The notes: generated by a model not told the origin, from the sequence alone. DNA of 64,000 bases from Polymyxa betae A26-41 (GCA_003693705.1 RBZT01000261.1:1-64000), one strand, 5' to 3'; counted from the stretch's first letter, positions 24,301 through 38,300 are shown. Numbers and translations are program-made.

Positions 24301-27300
24301 ACAAAAGTCCAATTATTAGCTTGCAATTGCAATGGACAGTCCAGATCCAAGTTAGCACTACCATTGGAGTCGACCGACTTAAAAGTGAGCCTGAAAATTA
24401 ATCAGAACAACCCATAACCAGAACTGGCAAGCCGACTTGTAATTCAAGATGCCAGCAGAGACCAATAAAGCCGGATAATATTCTCCTTCAGGAGTATTTG
24501 GCGTCTGGACCTTGAACACTGTATCAAAGAAATCAACGGATTGGACTTTGAGAAAGAGGGCGAAGGTGAAGTCTTCAGAAGTTGTCACGTTTACAATACC
24601 GTCACTGACAGTGAGGTCATAAGCCGGCTGAGCCGCATTTGAAACAAGTAAGTATCCAGGAGAATAAGTAATTGGTGCCGGTGTAGGAGCTGGAGTGGCA
24701 GCTGGTGTAGTCGATGCGATTGCTGTAGTTTGGATCCTTGTCGTGGATTGCTTAGACTGCGAAAACATCATCACTACAGAGTTTGTCTCCAAATGCTCTC
24801 GAATACTCACCAAAGATTGTGTTACAGTTGAATTCTGGGCGGTTCCATTTGGATGCAATGTAGCCTTCGCGGTGGTTGACATAAACGTTAACTTGGAGGT
24901 GGTTTTTGAAAGGCTAGTAGCCAGTTTTGTGGACAATTTAGAAGTTGTTGTAGCTGAGCTTTTCGTGGTTAATAACGGGCTCGTCGCGGTCGTCGCAGTT
25001 GTCGATTTTGGCGTCACCTGAAATGTCATGGCAATTGTCGAATTTGGCGGCTGAGTGGCAACTGGTGCAGTCGATGCGATTCCGGAAGTTTGGATCTTAG
25101 TCGTAGATTGCTTAGACTGCGACAAACCATCATCATTACAGAGTTTGTCTCTAAATGCGCAAGTACTCACCACAGTTTGTGTTACAGTTGAGTTCACGAA
25201 GGTTCCATTTGGATGCAATGTAGCCTTCGCGGTGGTTGACATAAACGTCACCTTTGAGGTGGTTTTAGAAACGCTAGTAACCAGTTTTGTGGACAGTTTA
25301 GATGTTGTTATAGCCGAGCTTTTGGTGGTTAATAACGGGCTGGTCGCTTTTTTCGCAGTTGTCGATTTTGGCGTCACCTGAAATGTCCTGGCAGTTGTCG
25401 AGTTCGACGGCAATATAGTATGAGAAATCTTAATCGTTGAGTTCGGCGGTAAACCATGTGAAGTAGTTGATCCTATTTGAGTTGTTGCTTTCACAAAAGA
25501 ACTGTTAGCAGATGACGTTGGCTTCAAAGAAGTAGTAAATTTGGGGGATACAGACGGAAACACAGTCATTGTAGATGCTTGGCCGAGCAGATCGAGTATA
25601 TGTTGATTCCGGTAGCTATAAACTTGCCACAGTGGCAGTGTGGCGGGCCAATACGTGAAATAGGCCACCAAACCTGTCATCGGCACAGTATAGAGATTGT
25701 CATTTGCCCCACCTAGAAAGATCATACTGGTGTTTCTTGGCATCTTCGGTTGAAAATAAAGAGAAGAGCTAGCAACAGGGCCTGTTGAATTTCCACCAAG
25801 AATCTGACAGTAAGTCAGAAAAAAAAATTCCAATCGACGATTCTACCTGTTGATAGCATGTCGCGATGTTTCCCGAGATAGTCAGTACGACATACACCCA
25901 TAAGTTTAATGGGACGTCCAATGGGCATTGCAAGTACAGAGTCGCATTAGTATTGGGACGAAAAAACAGCCTTCAAGTAATTAGAAAACTTCTTGAAAGA
26001 TGAAATAAATGCAACTTACGAATTGCCTGTATCTTTAGATACTTGCAGCGAAGGAAACAGATCTTGGTTAGGACCAGAAGGCGTTTGAACTCGGAAAACC
26101 ACATCCATCAGGTCAACGGATGAGACATTGACGAACAATCCAAAGCTAAAATTTGCAGATGAAGATAAGTCAATCCCATTGCCAACTACGAGACCCAGTG
26201 CTGGCGCGATGGGATTAGAAACCAGATTCTGTCCCGGAACGAAAGGTGGAGTAAATGGTGGCGATGTTGAGTTAGATACTGACGATGTTGACGAAAACGT
26301 TGATGTTGTAGTAGGCGATGGTGTCGGCGTTGGAGGAGGAAGTGCAAGGGAGAGGTACTCACCCAGCCATCCGGGTCCCAAAAGAGCAGTTTGATACACA
26401 TAACGGTAATTATAGACTTGCCAAAGGTTCAGTGTAAAAGGCCAATACGAAAAAAACGTAACGATGCCGTTAGCAACAGAGGTACCGTCGTCTACGTTGA
26501 CTTGGCCGAGGAAAATCCTATCTGAATCTTGGAAACCATGCGGTGTGAACGTTACCGTGGATGACAGTAACGGATCAACAGGATGATTGGAGATGCTCTA
26601 ACAATATTAGGCAATCTCGACATTATGGATTCCATTGAGTCAAACAAACCTGTGCATAGCATGTGGCTCTGTTCCCAGACACGGTAAAAGCGATAAAAAT
26701 CCAACTATTCACATCAACTGAAATTGGACATGACAACGATAAATCCAAGTTCCCATCACTGTTTAAAGAACGAAACAGCGGCCTACAAAACACTTGTAAG
26801 GACGCGAACAATTACACGAGTACAGAGCATACACTCCTGAGGTCGTAACGGCTAAACTAGGATAGTAAGTATTTCCAGGGGCAAATGGAGTCTGTACTTT
26901 GAATATGGTATTCGACAAGGTCACCGAAAAAAGCTTGACAAACAAGGCAAACGTAAAGTTTGCAGAATGACTGACATTTACAGAACTGCCGACAACCATA
27001 TCAAAATTTGGAGTAACAGGTGTAGAGACAAGCATAAACGGTGTTGGGAAGCTGACAGGATTCGCAAAAGTCTCCGTCGTAGCCACGAGAGAACTTTTTT
27101 TGGTCGTTGAAAAGACCGAATTGTTCGAAGGCATAAACTCCCTCGTTGTTGCTTTGAGCGTTAAAGCGGTACTGTTTTTCTTCGTTGCAGTCAATACGGA
27201 AATTGTTCCCATTTTCAAAGAAGTGGCCACATTTGCTCTGGTTGTTGATTGCTTGGCTGTATTAGTAGCTTTGACTTTGGTCGTCACCTCTACCGCAGTG

Positions 27301-30300
27301 GACGTCTTCACAGTTTTTGTGGTGAACTGCTGAGCAGGTGATTGTAGTTGTGATGTCGACTTAAAAGCAGAATGCGAGCTAATAGCAGAAAATCGCGAAG
27401 TTGAATGCATAGTTGCTTGAGTTGTGATAGGTAGAGTTGTTCCTTGCTTGATTGTTGGAACTTTAGTGGTCGGGTTCGGCGATTCCGCAATGGCTTTGGT
27501 CGTAGGTTTCGAATTCGAGTATGGAGATGTGATGGAAACACTTGTCACCAGCTTCGATGTCTTTTGCGTTACTGCTGTTGTCCTATGTTTGGTTGATTGG
27601 GTTGCGGTCGAATGCGATGTAGCTTGTGGAATAACAGATGATTTTGTCGTTGTTCCTTTGACCAAAGAGCTTGTCACTTTAATGGTTGTCGGAGCATGAG
27701 ATGGTGCCGATGAGTTTGTATAATACTGAGGCCAATTCGGCCCTAAAATATTTCCAATGTTTGCCAAAAGATAGTTCTGGAGCTGCCAGTTGACAAGAGA
27801 GCTTGGCCAGTAAGTAAAATAAGCAGCATTTCCCGCAAGTGGTAACCCGCTTAATCCGTCATCGGCCCCACCCAGGTAAACTTTATCAGTGGCTCTCGAA
27901 ATGTGTGGTGTAAACGAGAAAGAGGATACTGATAGCCCAGAATAGGGGTTTTTGCTTGTTTCCTAAGGTAGTATTATAAAGAATGAAGGAAACTGAAACA
28001 CTTCTTCGATTACCTGCTGGTAGCAAATCGCACTGGTCTCCGAAATTGTCAGGGCAACAAAAGCCCAATTATTTGCTTCTACTTCCAGTGGACAATCCAA
28101 AGACAGACCAACATCCCCGTTGTAATCTACTGACTTGAAAGTGAGCCTAGAAGAAGTTAAATATTTATAGAATACGAGACGGATAAAACATGTTACTTAA
28201 AATTTGCATCCCCAGATGAGACTAGTAATGCCGGGTAATAATCTCCATTCGGCGTGTTTGGAGTTTGAACTTTAAAAACGGTATCTATAAAATCGAGAGA
28301 ATCGATTTTGACGAACAAAGCGAAGCTGAAATCTTCCGAGGCAGTCATATTGAACACACCATCTCCCACAATAAGGTCATAGGAGGGATGAGTCGCATTC
28401 GAAACAAGCAAATACCCGGGAGAATACGTCATTGGTGCCGGCGTTAGTGCTGGAGTGATAGCCGTTGTGGTGGAAGGAAATTTGGTAGTAGCGATCTTGG
28501 TCGCAGATTTCGTTGTTTTAAAACCAACAGTGCTCGGAAAACTTGTAGACTTTGCTAGCCTGGTAGTCGTTACATGGGCAACGGCGGTCGTAGACTGCAT
28601 GATTTGCGGCTTGGTAGTTGTTTGAAATTTTGAAGTTTTCGCCAGCTTCGTTGTGCGAACGGTCGACTGAACTGGCAGTGCACTAGAGCTAGAAACTGTG
28701 GTTTTTTGATAGACTGTTGTAAGTTTGAGGGTACTTTGCAGCCTTGAGGTAGTTCGCGATTGGGAGGTCGACTTTATATGCGGCTGTGTTGTGGTAGCTG
28801 GCTCTTTCACTTGTTGCGTCGTCGAAGGATGCAAAGTAACGGAATTTTTCTGAGAAGATTTTGATACCGACGTTGAACGCATAATTGGCACAGTCGAATT
28901 TGGTATGAGCGTCAATTGACTGGTAACGGTTATAGATGATGTCGCATTTCGCGTTGTTCCTTGCGAACTCAAGTTGAGATGAAGAGCGGATGTAATTGGC
29001 TGACTGGGGCTCGAATGTGACCCCATGGAAGTGATGTTAACTGGAGCAAGACTCGGTAACGCAGTTAGAGAAACGGAAGGGCTTGCTGTGGGCGATGCTG
29101 TGTAGCTTGCCAGCCAATTTGGCCCAATTATATTGCTGAAATGAACAGAACGATAGTAGTATAATGTCCAGATATCAATTGGGACCGACCAGTAGGTGAA
29201 GTCTGACACCCATCCAATTAAAGAAGGAAGCCCCACACCGTTAAATCCTCCCGCATAAATACAGTCATTTAAATCCATTTGCTGTGGTGAAAATTCGACG
29301 CTGGACACATATATAGGGCCAATCGCATTCTGACTGATTATCTGTAGATGTGTGAGTCATGAGCAATATGCAACAATCCAAAATTAAGGGCAATCCACCT
29401 GCTGATAGCACGTTGCGGTGAACCCCGAAACAGTTAATGCGACGAAAACCCAGGAATTTAAGGGGACCTTGAGCGGACATAAAAGCGACAGGTTGGGATT
29501 GCCTTCATTATCAACGGACTGAAATTTCATCCTATTGAAAATTACGATTCATGGATCCTTTGAGCAAGTTAGATTTCGTTACCGTCCACTTGAGGAAACT
29601 GTTAAAGCTGGGAAATAACCTATAGTGTTAGGAGATAGCACTTCAAAAACAACAGCAGATGTCTGAAGTGAGGTCACGTTCACAAACATTGCAAAAGCAA
29701 AGTTGCTTGATGTAGTTATGAGGTCGCTATTGGCAACTGAGAAATTGTAATGTGGCTTAGTCGGAGACAAAATCAGGCTAACTCCTGCTGGAAAGGGATT
29801 CGGTGTTGAGATAGGGGCCGAGGACTGGAAATGAGGGGAGGAGGGAGCTTGTGAGTACATTATTGGCGGGCCTGAAACCAAATTCTGGTACATTAATCTG
29901 TAAGTTTGGAGCTGACCCAAAGACAGTTGTGTTGACCAAAATTCCATGTAAGCCACGCGACATGAGAGCGGAATTGAAGCATTATCAGCGCCACCTAAAT
30001 AAATCTGGTCGGTGTTCAGAATTGCATGTGGGTCGATCAACGCGTGCGCTTCTATCAGCGGAGTGAAGGAGTTGAAAAAGACGGTCTAAGCAACATAGCT
30101 CATTGCATAATCGTTTAACCAAAGAAGGGTCTCTTGACCTGTTGATAGCATTTAGCAAAGCGTCCTGCTACTGTGAATGCTGCGAATATCCAGCTATTAA
30201 TGGCGACTGGCAGAGGGCAGGTTAAAAGGAACTCTACATCGCCACCGCTGCCATACGAAGACAGCATTAGCCTACCATTGTATAATCAACATTTATAAAA

Positions 30301-33300
30301 TCATAGATATGATAACCGTACCGGCTCGACGAATCCAGTTCCACAACTGGATATGCATAAAAATTTCCAGGAGTCTGAACTTTTAGTAGAATGGACCGAT
30401 TCAAAGCTGTTGTGATATTGGCAAAGAAAGCAAACGTAAAGTTTGAAGAGCTGCTCATGGACACCTGGCCCGAACCCAAAAGAAAATACAAGCTGGGGGT
30501 GGCAGGAGCAGTAACAAGGGGTATTCCAGGTGGAGGGAAATCTGTTTCAAATTGCGGCCATGGTGTCGGCTGAAATTGTACTTTCTTGGGCAACCAATCA
30601 CTTAGCAAGAACTGTTGCTGATAATAGCGGTAGGCATCTAGCTGCCACCCACTAACAGCGAACGCCCAGTAAGAGAACGATAAAATGCACCCCTTCATCG
30701 GCAGCGCGGTAAAGCTTGAGTTATTGCTCATTACACCTAGATAGATTTTGTTTTGTGGATTGAATGGGGCTGTCATCACCGCATAGGCAACTGAAGCTAA
30801 TGGTTGAATTGGATATTGATCGACAATCTATAAAGTGCTACCAATTAGAAAATATAAAGCAATGGCGCATCAGTAACCTGTTGATAGCATACGATTTGAT
30901 TGGCTGTCCAAGTCACACCGATAAATATCATTCTCTGTGTACTCACTTTCAAGGGACACGGTAGCGAACTGAGCAATCGGCCGTCGGGCTCTTTAACCAC
31001 CACTGCAATGCTGTAAAGAAAACAGTTAGGTGCCGATAACTCTAACAGCAGTACTCTAGGCTACCTTGCATTGGTGATCTGCAAGGCTGTGAAGGTTGAG
31101 TTTGGTGACCTGATTTCAAGGATAACCGAATCAATTTGTAACGAGATGTTCATGAACATTGCCAATGTGAAATTTCTGCTTGCACTTAGATTCAACGAAG
31201 GGCCCATAATGAGATCATAGTCTGGCAACACAGGTCCTGTTGCCAGTTTGTTGGCAGTAGACAAAGGCTCGATTTGGTCAGCGGGGTTCAGAATGCCACT
31301 GACCAAAGTAGGTGAGAATCGGGCTTTCATCATGTTCCTATATTCGCCAATTCCAGATGCATTCAAACTGAAAGGCCAGAAAGCGAAGGAAGCAACTAAT
31401 CCGCCAACGAAACCGAAATTATCAACATTAAAGCCTCCGCCAAGAAATATTGAATCGCTATTCAAAAACGGGACCAGTTGGACAGTTTCTTGTGTAATTT
31501 GCATGACAGGATCTGCGACTGGGCTAATTTTCTGATCCACACTGTTCAGAGTGATGCCAGAAATACTGTGTAGACTTACTTGAAGATAACATGTCATTAC
31601 ATTGCTTGACAAAGATATACCAAGAAAATACCACATTCCTGGCTGAATTCGTTTTCCACATGGTATACCCAAACTGTGAGTTAGGGTATTACTTATGTAA
31701 ACCCATATCCTAGATAACCTTTGATTTAGTTTTTGAAATGAAATGTTCTGGATGCTTACAGGCCAGTTTCTAGCAGCAGTGCTCTAGGCTGAAACTTCGC
31801 ATATGGCGTCGAACCGGATATCGGTGAATGAACATCGAAAATAATCCCGGTTTCCAGTGCAGTGATATTTAAAAACATAGCAAAGGTGACATTTTGAGAA
31901 CGGCTGAGATCCAAACCGGTTCCAATCGGACCTTGCAAATTTTGAGGCCGGTCGACGAGGATAGATCCATTAAAAGGCATTCTAAAGTTAAAAGTATGAT
32001 TGAACGGGCCATGGTTTTGCGAATGTTTGAATAAACTAGACATCCCCAAGTTGGCATACTCTACCAATTTTGTAGTGGTTAAGACAGAAGAGAACAAAGA
32101 GAAATATCCGACGTCGGCGTCTACCGGGACGAACCCATAGCTATTGTAATCTCCGCCCAAATAAATTCGATCCGTTGGAGCAAATGCTATTTGCCCAAAC
32201 TCCAAATCCGAGACAGAAAGTACTGAGACAGAGCCATTCAGAACCTATTCACGATTGAAGTAAGAAATTAAATTGCAGATTCCTAACAAGCTAGCAATGG
32301 TAACTCACGGCTTGATAGCACAAGGTCTGACCTGGTCTAATAGTGACAGCCAAATAACTCCAGGCACCAGAGACCACATAATCTGGACATCTTAATCCGG
32401 GATAACCTAGATTAATTGACCCAATCCAAATGCTAAAAGTTGCAAACGTCAGAATCCCGTTAATCACAAAAATCGCTACGCTTGAACCTTCCAAATGCAT
32501 CCACCTGCAGAAATGGGTAGATTGAATACGTAGGACTGCTTGTTGGAGTATGCACATCAAGAATGGTCCGAATTGACGATGGTACTGTGGCTACTCTGTA
32601 GAAGAATGCAAAGGTAACCTCCGTCAAGCGAGATAAATCGAGGAAATTGCCAATAGTGAAATTGAATCGTGGTTGGGTTGCGTTCCGTAGTATTGTCACA
32701 TTAAAATCTGATGAGAATGAGGCTGCTGTAGACGGAACTTGTGTTGCCGGATTCAATGTTGGCGTATTTGTTGGAAGCTGTCCAGAAGTTAACACTGTCG
32801 AATGCCGAGTTGTTGGGTGCCGAGTCGTTGGCCGTCCAGTTGTTGGTCCTCGAGTAGTCCGTCTTCGAGTGGTTGGCTTCCTCGTAGTTGGCTTCCGAGT
32901 TGTCAGTTTCCGGGTCGTCGATTTCCTAGTGGTTGATTTTAGAGTTGTCGGCTTTCGGGTTGTTGGTTTTGGTGTCTTTTTTCGAGTCGTCGGTTTCCTA
33001 GTTGTTCTTATTGGAGTTGTCGGCTTTCGTGTTGTTGGTTTTCGAGTTGTCTGTTTTTTGGTCGTCGGCTTATGAGTCGTGGGTTTTCGAGTCGTTTTTC
33101 TTCGAGTAGTGGGCTTTCGGGTGGTCGGCTCATGAGTTGTGGGTTTTCGAGTCGTTTTTCTTCGAGTAGTGGGCTTTCGGGTGGTCGGCTTCCGAGAACT
33201 TGGTTTTCGAGTTGTTCGTCTCGAAGTCACTGGCTTTCGAGTGGTTCCCTTCACCGTCGGCTGTCGGGTTGTTAGCCTTTTCGTTGCCAGTTTGGTGGTC

Positions 33301-33863
33301 GGCATTCGAGTTGTTGATTTTTTCGTCGCTCTCCGGCTGGTAATGGCGGGCTTCTTTGTCGTGCTAATTCTTGGTGTTTGCAGTACTGCAGTTATGAACC
33401 CTTTCCATCCAGAAAATTGCCCAAACGAATTCGTGTTAAATTGTAATTGAGCCCGATTCGAAAAAGTTGAATAAAACTGTGTTGGGACGGTTGGCGTCCC
33501 ATTCAATGATGCAAGCATTACATAAGATGTTGCCGTATCAAAAAATCTGACAACATCAGCCCCGCGCTCGGTGTTAAATTCCACAAAAGTGATTCGAATG
33601 ACATATCCGGGTGGAGAAGTGATGTTTAGCCGACATTTCGTGTTGGGTAAATATGCAGGTAGGCTGAAATCCTGACTAGTAATGGCCGTCCACTCATTTG
33701 GTTGGGCAGAGACGACTGATGTCGAATTCAAAGTACATGATACATAGCTTGTCAAAGCACATTGTGGTTGCGATGTCTGCGAACTGACAATTTTAAGATA
33801 TACAATGGCGAAGATCACCCATTTCCTGAGTACTGAAATTCCGAGGCCAATATTCTTCACCAT
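15304..33863 (-). CDS. Giant polycystin-1/PKDREJ-like receptor (CUB, 10 LamG-like, mucin-like, CUB, REJ, GAIN/EGF/GPS, ~5 TM)
   Basis: Signal-like N-terminus; CUB at ~33400-33770 and ~21170-21540; REJ motif NSAPFGGLVSVSPTSG...GWADEDTPLSY; GPS CSWFD...WTQSGC...CHCDHATDF; PKD1-like TM motifs HTIVS...SRPQRIVV and DWLSFSLLG; the junctions checked (e.g. ~20910 to ~20865) splice in frame. Confidence 0.85.
20910..22320 (-). repeat. Coding low-complexity K/R-x-T-T repeats flanking the second CUB domain
   Basis: Dozens of KKPTT/KKLTT/KKRTTT units. Confidence 0.9.
24695..25400 (-). repeat. Tandem duplication with a 360-bp unit inside the mucin-like stalk
   Basis: FQVTPKSTTA...TSPLLTTKSSA...FMSTTAKATLHPNGT...SQSKQSTT occurs twice, offset 360 bp. 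Confidence 0.9.
32800..33360 (-). repeat. Coding RKPTT pentapeptide array containing a near-exact 60-bp tandem pair (33072-33190)
   Basis: RKPTTRKPTTRRKTT units; lines 33061 and 33121 are almost identical. Confidence 0.9.
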
Positions 33864-34125
33864 AGGCCATTAATCAAACAAATTGAGTTGAAAACAAATT
33901 CGGATTCTTGTCTCTGTCTGAAATCTGGAACAGAAAAACGATCACTTGGTACACACTGACAGACTGATCAGATGTCATTATCCTTTGTATCGTCGGAGTC
34001 AGAGTTATACTGGCCCGGCACCCGGTCTACTTTTGAACAGACCCTGCTTGCTGCTGGTATCGGCTCGTTGAGGAACTGAAGAATGAGGCTAGATGGAACT
34101 TATTTAAGCATCGCCATAACACAGA

Positions 34126-34998
34126 TTAGCCTTTATTTTTTTCAAGTGAAGCATGAATCAGGTCGTACAGCTCTCTGGCTTGACCAGATAACGAGCGATT
34201 GGCAAAGCCATGGATCGCATTAAAATCCAAAACGATATGCTCAGCTCCCGGTTGTGAACAAAACCCGCCAGCGATAGGCGGCTCTTGCTGAGGTTTTCGA
34301 TTTAGATTCCATTCCAGGACTGGAAAGAAAAAACTTACTTCATCAATGACTTTTGCAGCAGTCATCTTCTGTTGACTCTCTAAAATCGCTTCTTTCCTCA
34401 AGATCGCATCAGTTGCAGATGAATCAGTATAATCTTTATGGACAAAACAGCCGCAGAAGAAACAAGGACCTGATGAAACCAGTTCAGTTCAAAACATGAA
34501 AATCCTATAAGGAAGGCAACTTACCTTCCCCTTCAACAGTACAAAGAATTCGACCGCATGATAAACAATTTGAGAATACTTCATGCTGCGTTCCAAAGCA
34601 ATCACATGACGTCCTATCTGGAGCGACAACTTCAACTTAAAAATATTTCTTATACAACAAACCGTATGATTACTTCTATTTTGCTTTTTAGGTTTATTTG
34701 ACTGGACTTTTCGAATAACCAGTCCTTTACCACGATTAGGATCTTGGATATTTGAGTGCTGCTCTGCCTGCTTTTTCTTGCTGTGATGATGCTTTTTTTG
34801 GTACAAACGGTTAGCCAGTTCATCAATAAAATCAGGCGATTCGTCGCCAACTATTTCATTGCAGTAGGCCAGCAATTCGTCCCTATTGCCAATGGCGTAC
34901 AGGATATGGTCAGCGATTCCATCTACGTCGCTGAACCCCAGGATAGTCTGCAGCTGCATACAGATCCATTGCCGATGTTGAACCCGGGGATCTTCCAT
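34126..34998 (-). CDS. TRIP4: ASC-1/TRIP4/Rqt4-like C2HC5 zinc-finger protein
   Basis: Spliced CDCFGTQHEVFSNCLSCGRILCTVEGEGPCFFCG; N-terminal PWI-like helices; 3' end may extend to ~33970. Confidence 0.8.
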
Positions 34999-35381
34999 GA
35001 CAATTCACAATGCCGCTATAGCAAATCTGACAGCTCGCACAAATACGCAGCTGTGAAATGGCATTAAAAGATGAAAGCAAAGATGTGGCTCAGTGAGAAA
35101 CTCATTCAATCCGAAAAATGTCCCAAATTCGAAGATATAATCGGTACTAGACAAGTGGTACTGCTTAATGTCAAACCACTGCTCACCTCATTCCTGCGAT
35201 CCATTCTCAGATCACAGTATAGAAGCGCGTGGATTACATACTGGAGTGTTTCCATTGATGGATACTGTTCGATCGGAAGCTGCTATAGGCACGAGATCAG
35301 TCGTTGCCTGGATATCTTGTTGCTGTTGGGCAAAGGGTGAAGTGCTCGACTGGGTAGCGAGACCGTCTGGGTAGCCAGCCA

Positions 35382-38300
35382 ATGGCTCGCCTGCTACGAC
35401 TTGCTAAGCATCATGGAGTGCAGCCAGATCATATAGACTTCAGTATTCAGATCCATTCATTGGAACTATCGACCAATATGGAAGATAGAGTCCAGGTCAT
35501 CATTAGTCGAGGATCGAAAGCCTGGCCTGGAGCCGTCGTATCTTCTGTTAGCAAAGATGGACATTGGCAGTTTCTCTGGAATTCGCCTATTCAGATCACT
35601 TCCAGTATGTTCCCTAGCAAAAAGGGTCCAAGAAAGTATGACGTCAAGGCTGCAAAGATTATATTTAAACGCATCACGAAGAATAGCGCGAAAACGTTTG
35701 GTGAAATTGAGCTTGATTTATCGGAATTCTGTGAAGCCGAACATAATAATCGATTGCAACGGCCGCTTCATAAATGCAGTGATAAATATGCTCAAGTTGA
35801 TTTTACAATCACGTCATTGATAAGCCAAAGAGATGTCAGTCCATCAATGATGTGAGTACTACGTTTTCACTCGTGAAGGCATCTCTGATCAAGTGTAAAC
35901 CCTTTCAGAGACGACGAATCGATGGCATTGACCCCGGAGCAGAGCCAGATTGAGAACGAGGCAGTTTATTCGTCTCAGTCGTTGGCTTCTGTCCAACAAG
36001 CGTTCACCAGACAAGAAAACGGATCGAACTTAGCCAGCAAGAAGCCTGAGGAACAGCCAAATTCTAACGATGGCAGCAAACAATCGACGCAATCTGTCCA
36101 GCTCCTAATCGCTTTGAAAGATGATAGTATTAGCAGATTACGGAAGAAGGTGGATGAACTAGAACTTATCAATAAGTCTGCAATGGGCTTAGTCAACCGT
36201 GTCAACGAACTCGAAGAGCAATTGAACAGCAAAACGAAAGCCTACGATCAGCTTAAGCTAAATTCGCTGATGATGGAAAAGCTGCTTGCAGACGCTAATG
36301 CTAAAGTGGAAGACTTGGTGAAAGACAGCGATTCTGATGATGAGAATGTCAAGGATGCTCTTACAGAAAATATCGGCCCTGCTCCTTCGGTAAGAATCGT
36401 GATTTTTCTTGACCCATCGCTGAAGGTTTAACAGAATGACGAACTGCTAAAGCTATCACAAGAGAAAGAGCAACTATTAGCTGAAATCGCTAACTCAAAG
36501 CTTGACATGGCTTCACTTGAGGAATCTTACCGAAAAGAAGTGGTTGGTAGCCCTTATTCCAGTGACTCTAGATTTAGACATTCTGCTTCTTCGCAAAGAT
36601 GTTTCCTGTTTTCTGCATGAACTGTGTATAGGTTCTTGGACTGATTATCGCGTAGGGCGACCTCAAGTCAGAGTTGAATCAGGCAAGGAATGAAAGGAAC
36701 GATGCTTCCAACAAGTTAAATGAAATTCAAAAGAGTAGCAAAGAATCTGAACTGATGGAAGCTCTTGAATTAGAAAAAGTGTCTTGTGAATCACTCAGAG
36801 GGATTATTCGTCTTTTACAAGAGAAGTCTACAGAGCAAGAAAGCATGCTCGTGAAATTGCATGAAAGTAGTGAGCAAGAGATTTCAAAGATGAAGGAAAA
36901 GCTCCTGCAACTCGAGCAGGAGAAGGAAGCAGCTTCTCAGGATGCAAAACTGTTGAAATGTGAGAACACCAGCATTAAGAATAGTTTGGAGCAAAGTGAG
37001 GTTGCTGCCAAACAATTACTGAGTGAGACTGATGAACTCAAACGATCAGTTTTGGTGGAGACTCAAAACTTGGAAAGGGCAAAGGAAGAATTTAAATCGA
37101 ATTTGGATTCGCTCACCTCTAGTAACAAAACGGATGCTGATCGTGCTTTAACTGAAGAACGTCGTCGTTTTGCGTTAAAGGTTGAAGAACTGTCAAGTCA
37201 AATCCGAACAAACAATGCTGTTATTGGCAACCTGAGGCAAAGCATAGTCCATCTCGAACATAAGCTTTCAGAAGCTGAAGAGACGATTAGAAACAACGCA
37301 TCAAATTCTGAGAGGCAGATGGCAATTGTTCGTGACGTCTCTGAATCTTATCATCAATCGGAATCCACTTTAAAGCAGCTGATCGCGTTTCAAAGCTCTT
37401 CTTCCGGTCTCCAGGATCAATTTGCTCTAATCGAGAAGCTGATGTCGGAAGCAACTTCTGTCGACATCAAGCGTCGGGATACAGAGCTAAACCAAAACGA
37501 GCTCATTCAAAGGTTAACAGAGAAGATCCAGGACCAAAGCAATGCTCTCTCAATATGTGAGCGCTACCGGTACGAATCACTCAAAGCGTATAAAGCCAAG
37601 ATGTCGACCATGATGGCGGAACATTTGTCCCAAATCGATAGCTTAAACAATCGCATTGCTGAATATCAGCAGATTATCAATCTGTCCAACAACAATGATC
37701 TTGGAGAAATCAATGCACTCAACAACCAAGTCGCCAGTCTAAAGCAGCAAATAATCAATGATAGGCACAGTATCATCTCAAGTCTAGGATCTGCTTCTTC
37801 GTCAGCTCAAGAGCTCAGCCATGATATCTGTGAACTTGTGCATTCATTTTACACTCGCGATTATCTTCCTTCTGAGAATACTACAATAGTTACTGAAGCA
37901 ACTAATGATGCGTTTTTCGTGATCTCATGTCTGCAAGCAAACAACGAAGCATTACAGCGGCTTCTTAATATCGAAACGGAGCGGTCAGTTATGCATCGCG
38001 ATCGCTTACAACGAAAAATGGGCTCTATGAGAGATGAAGTTGAGCATTTGGAGGCCAAAGTGTACGAAGGTTACAAAGAGGGACAACGACTTGAGGTTGG
38101 AGGATTTTATCGAATATTGCTGCTCAACTAATCGAGTATGTAGTCTGAAGTGGATAAATTTCGAAACCAATATGATGAAGCTCAATCCATCATTCGAACG
38201 TTGCAGCAAAAAGTCGATCTTATGGAGAAATCTGCTCTGGCAGACCAAGCTAAATTCAATCAGGTAATGGCTAAATATGAAAAAGCGTGCATTGAGCGAG

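Noticed and set aside
32800-33360. CRISPR-like or satellite array
   Set aside because: Eukaryotic coding pentapeptide repeats, with no spacer structure and no cas genes
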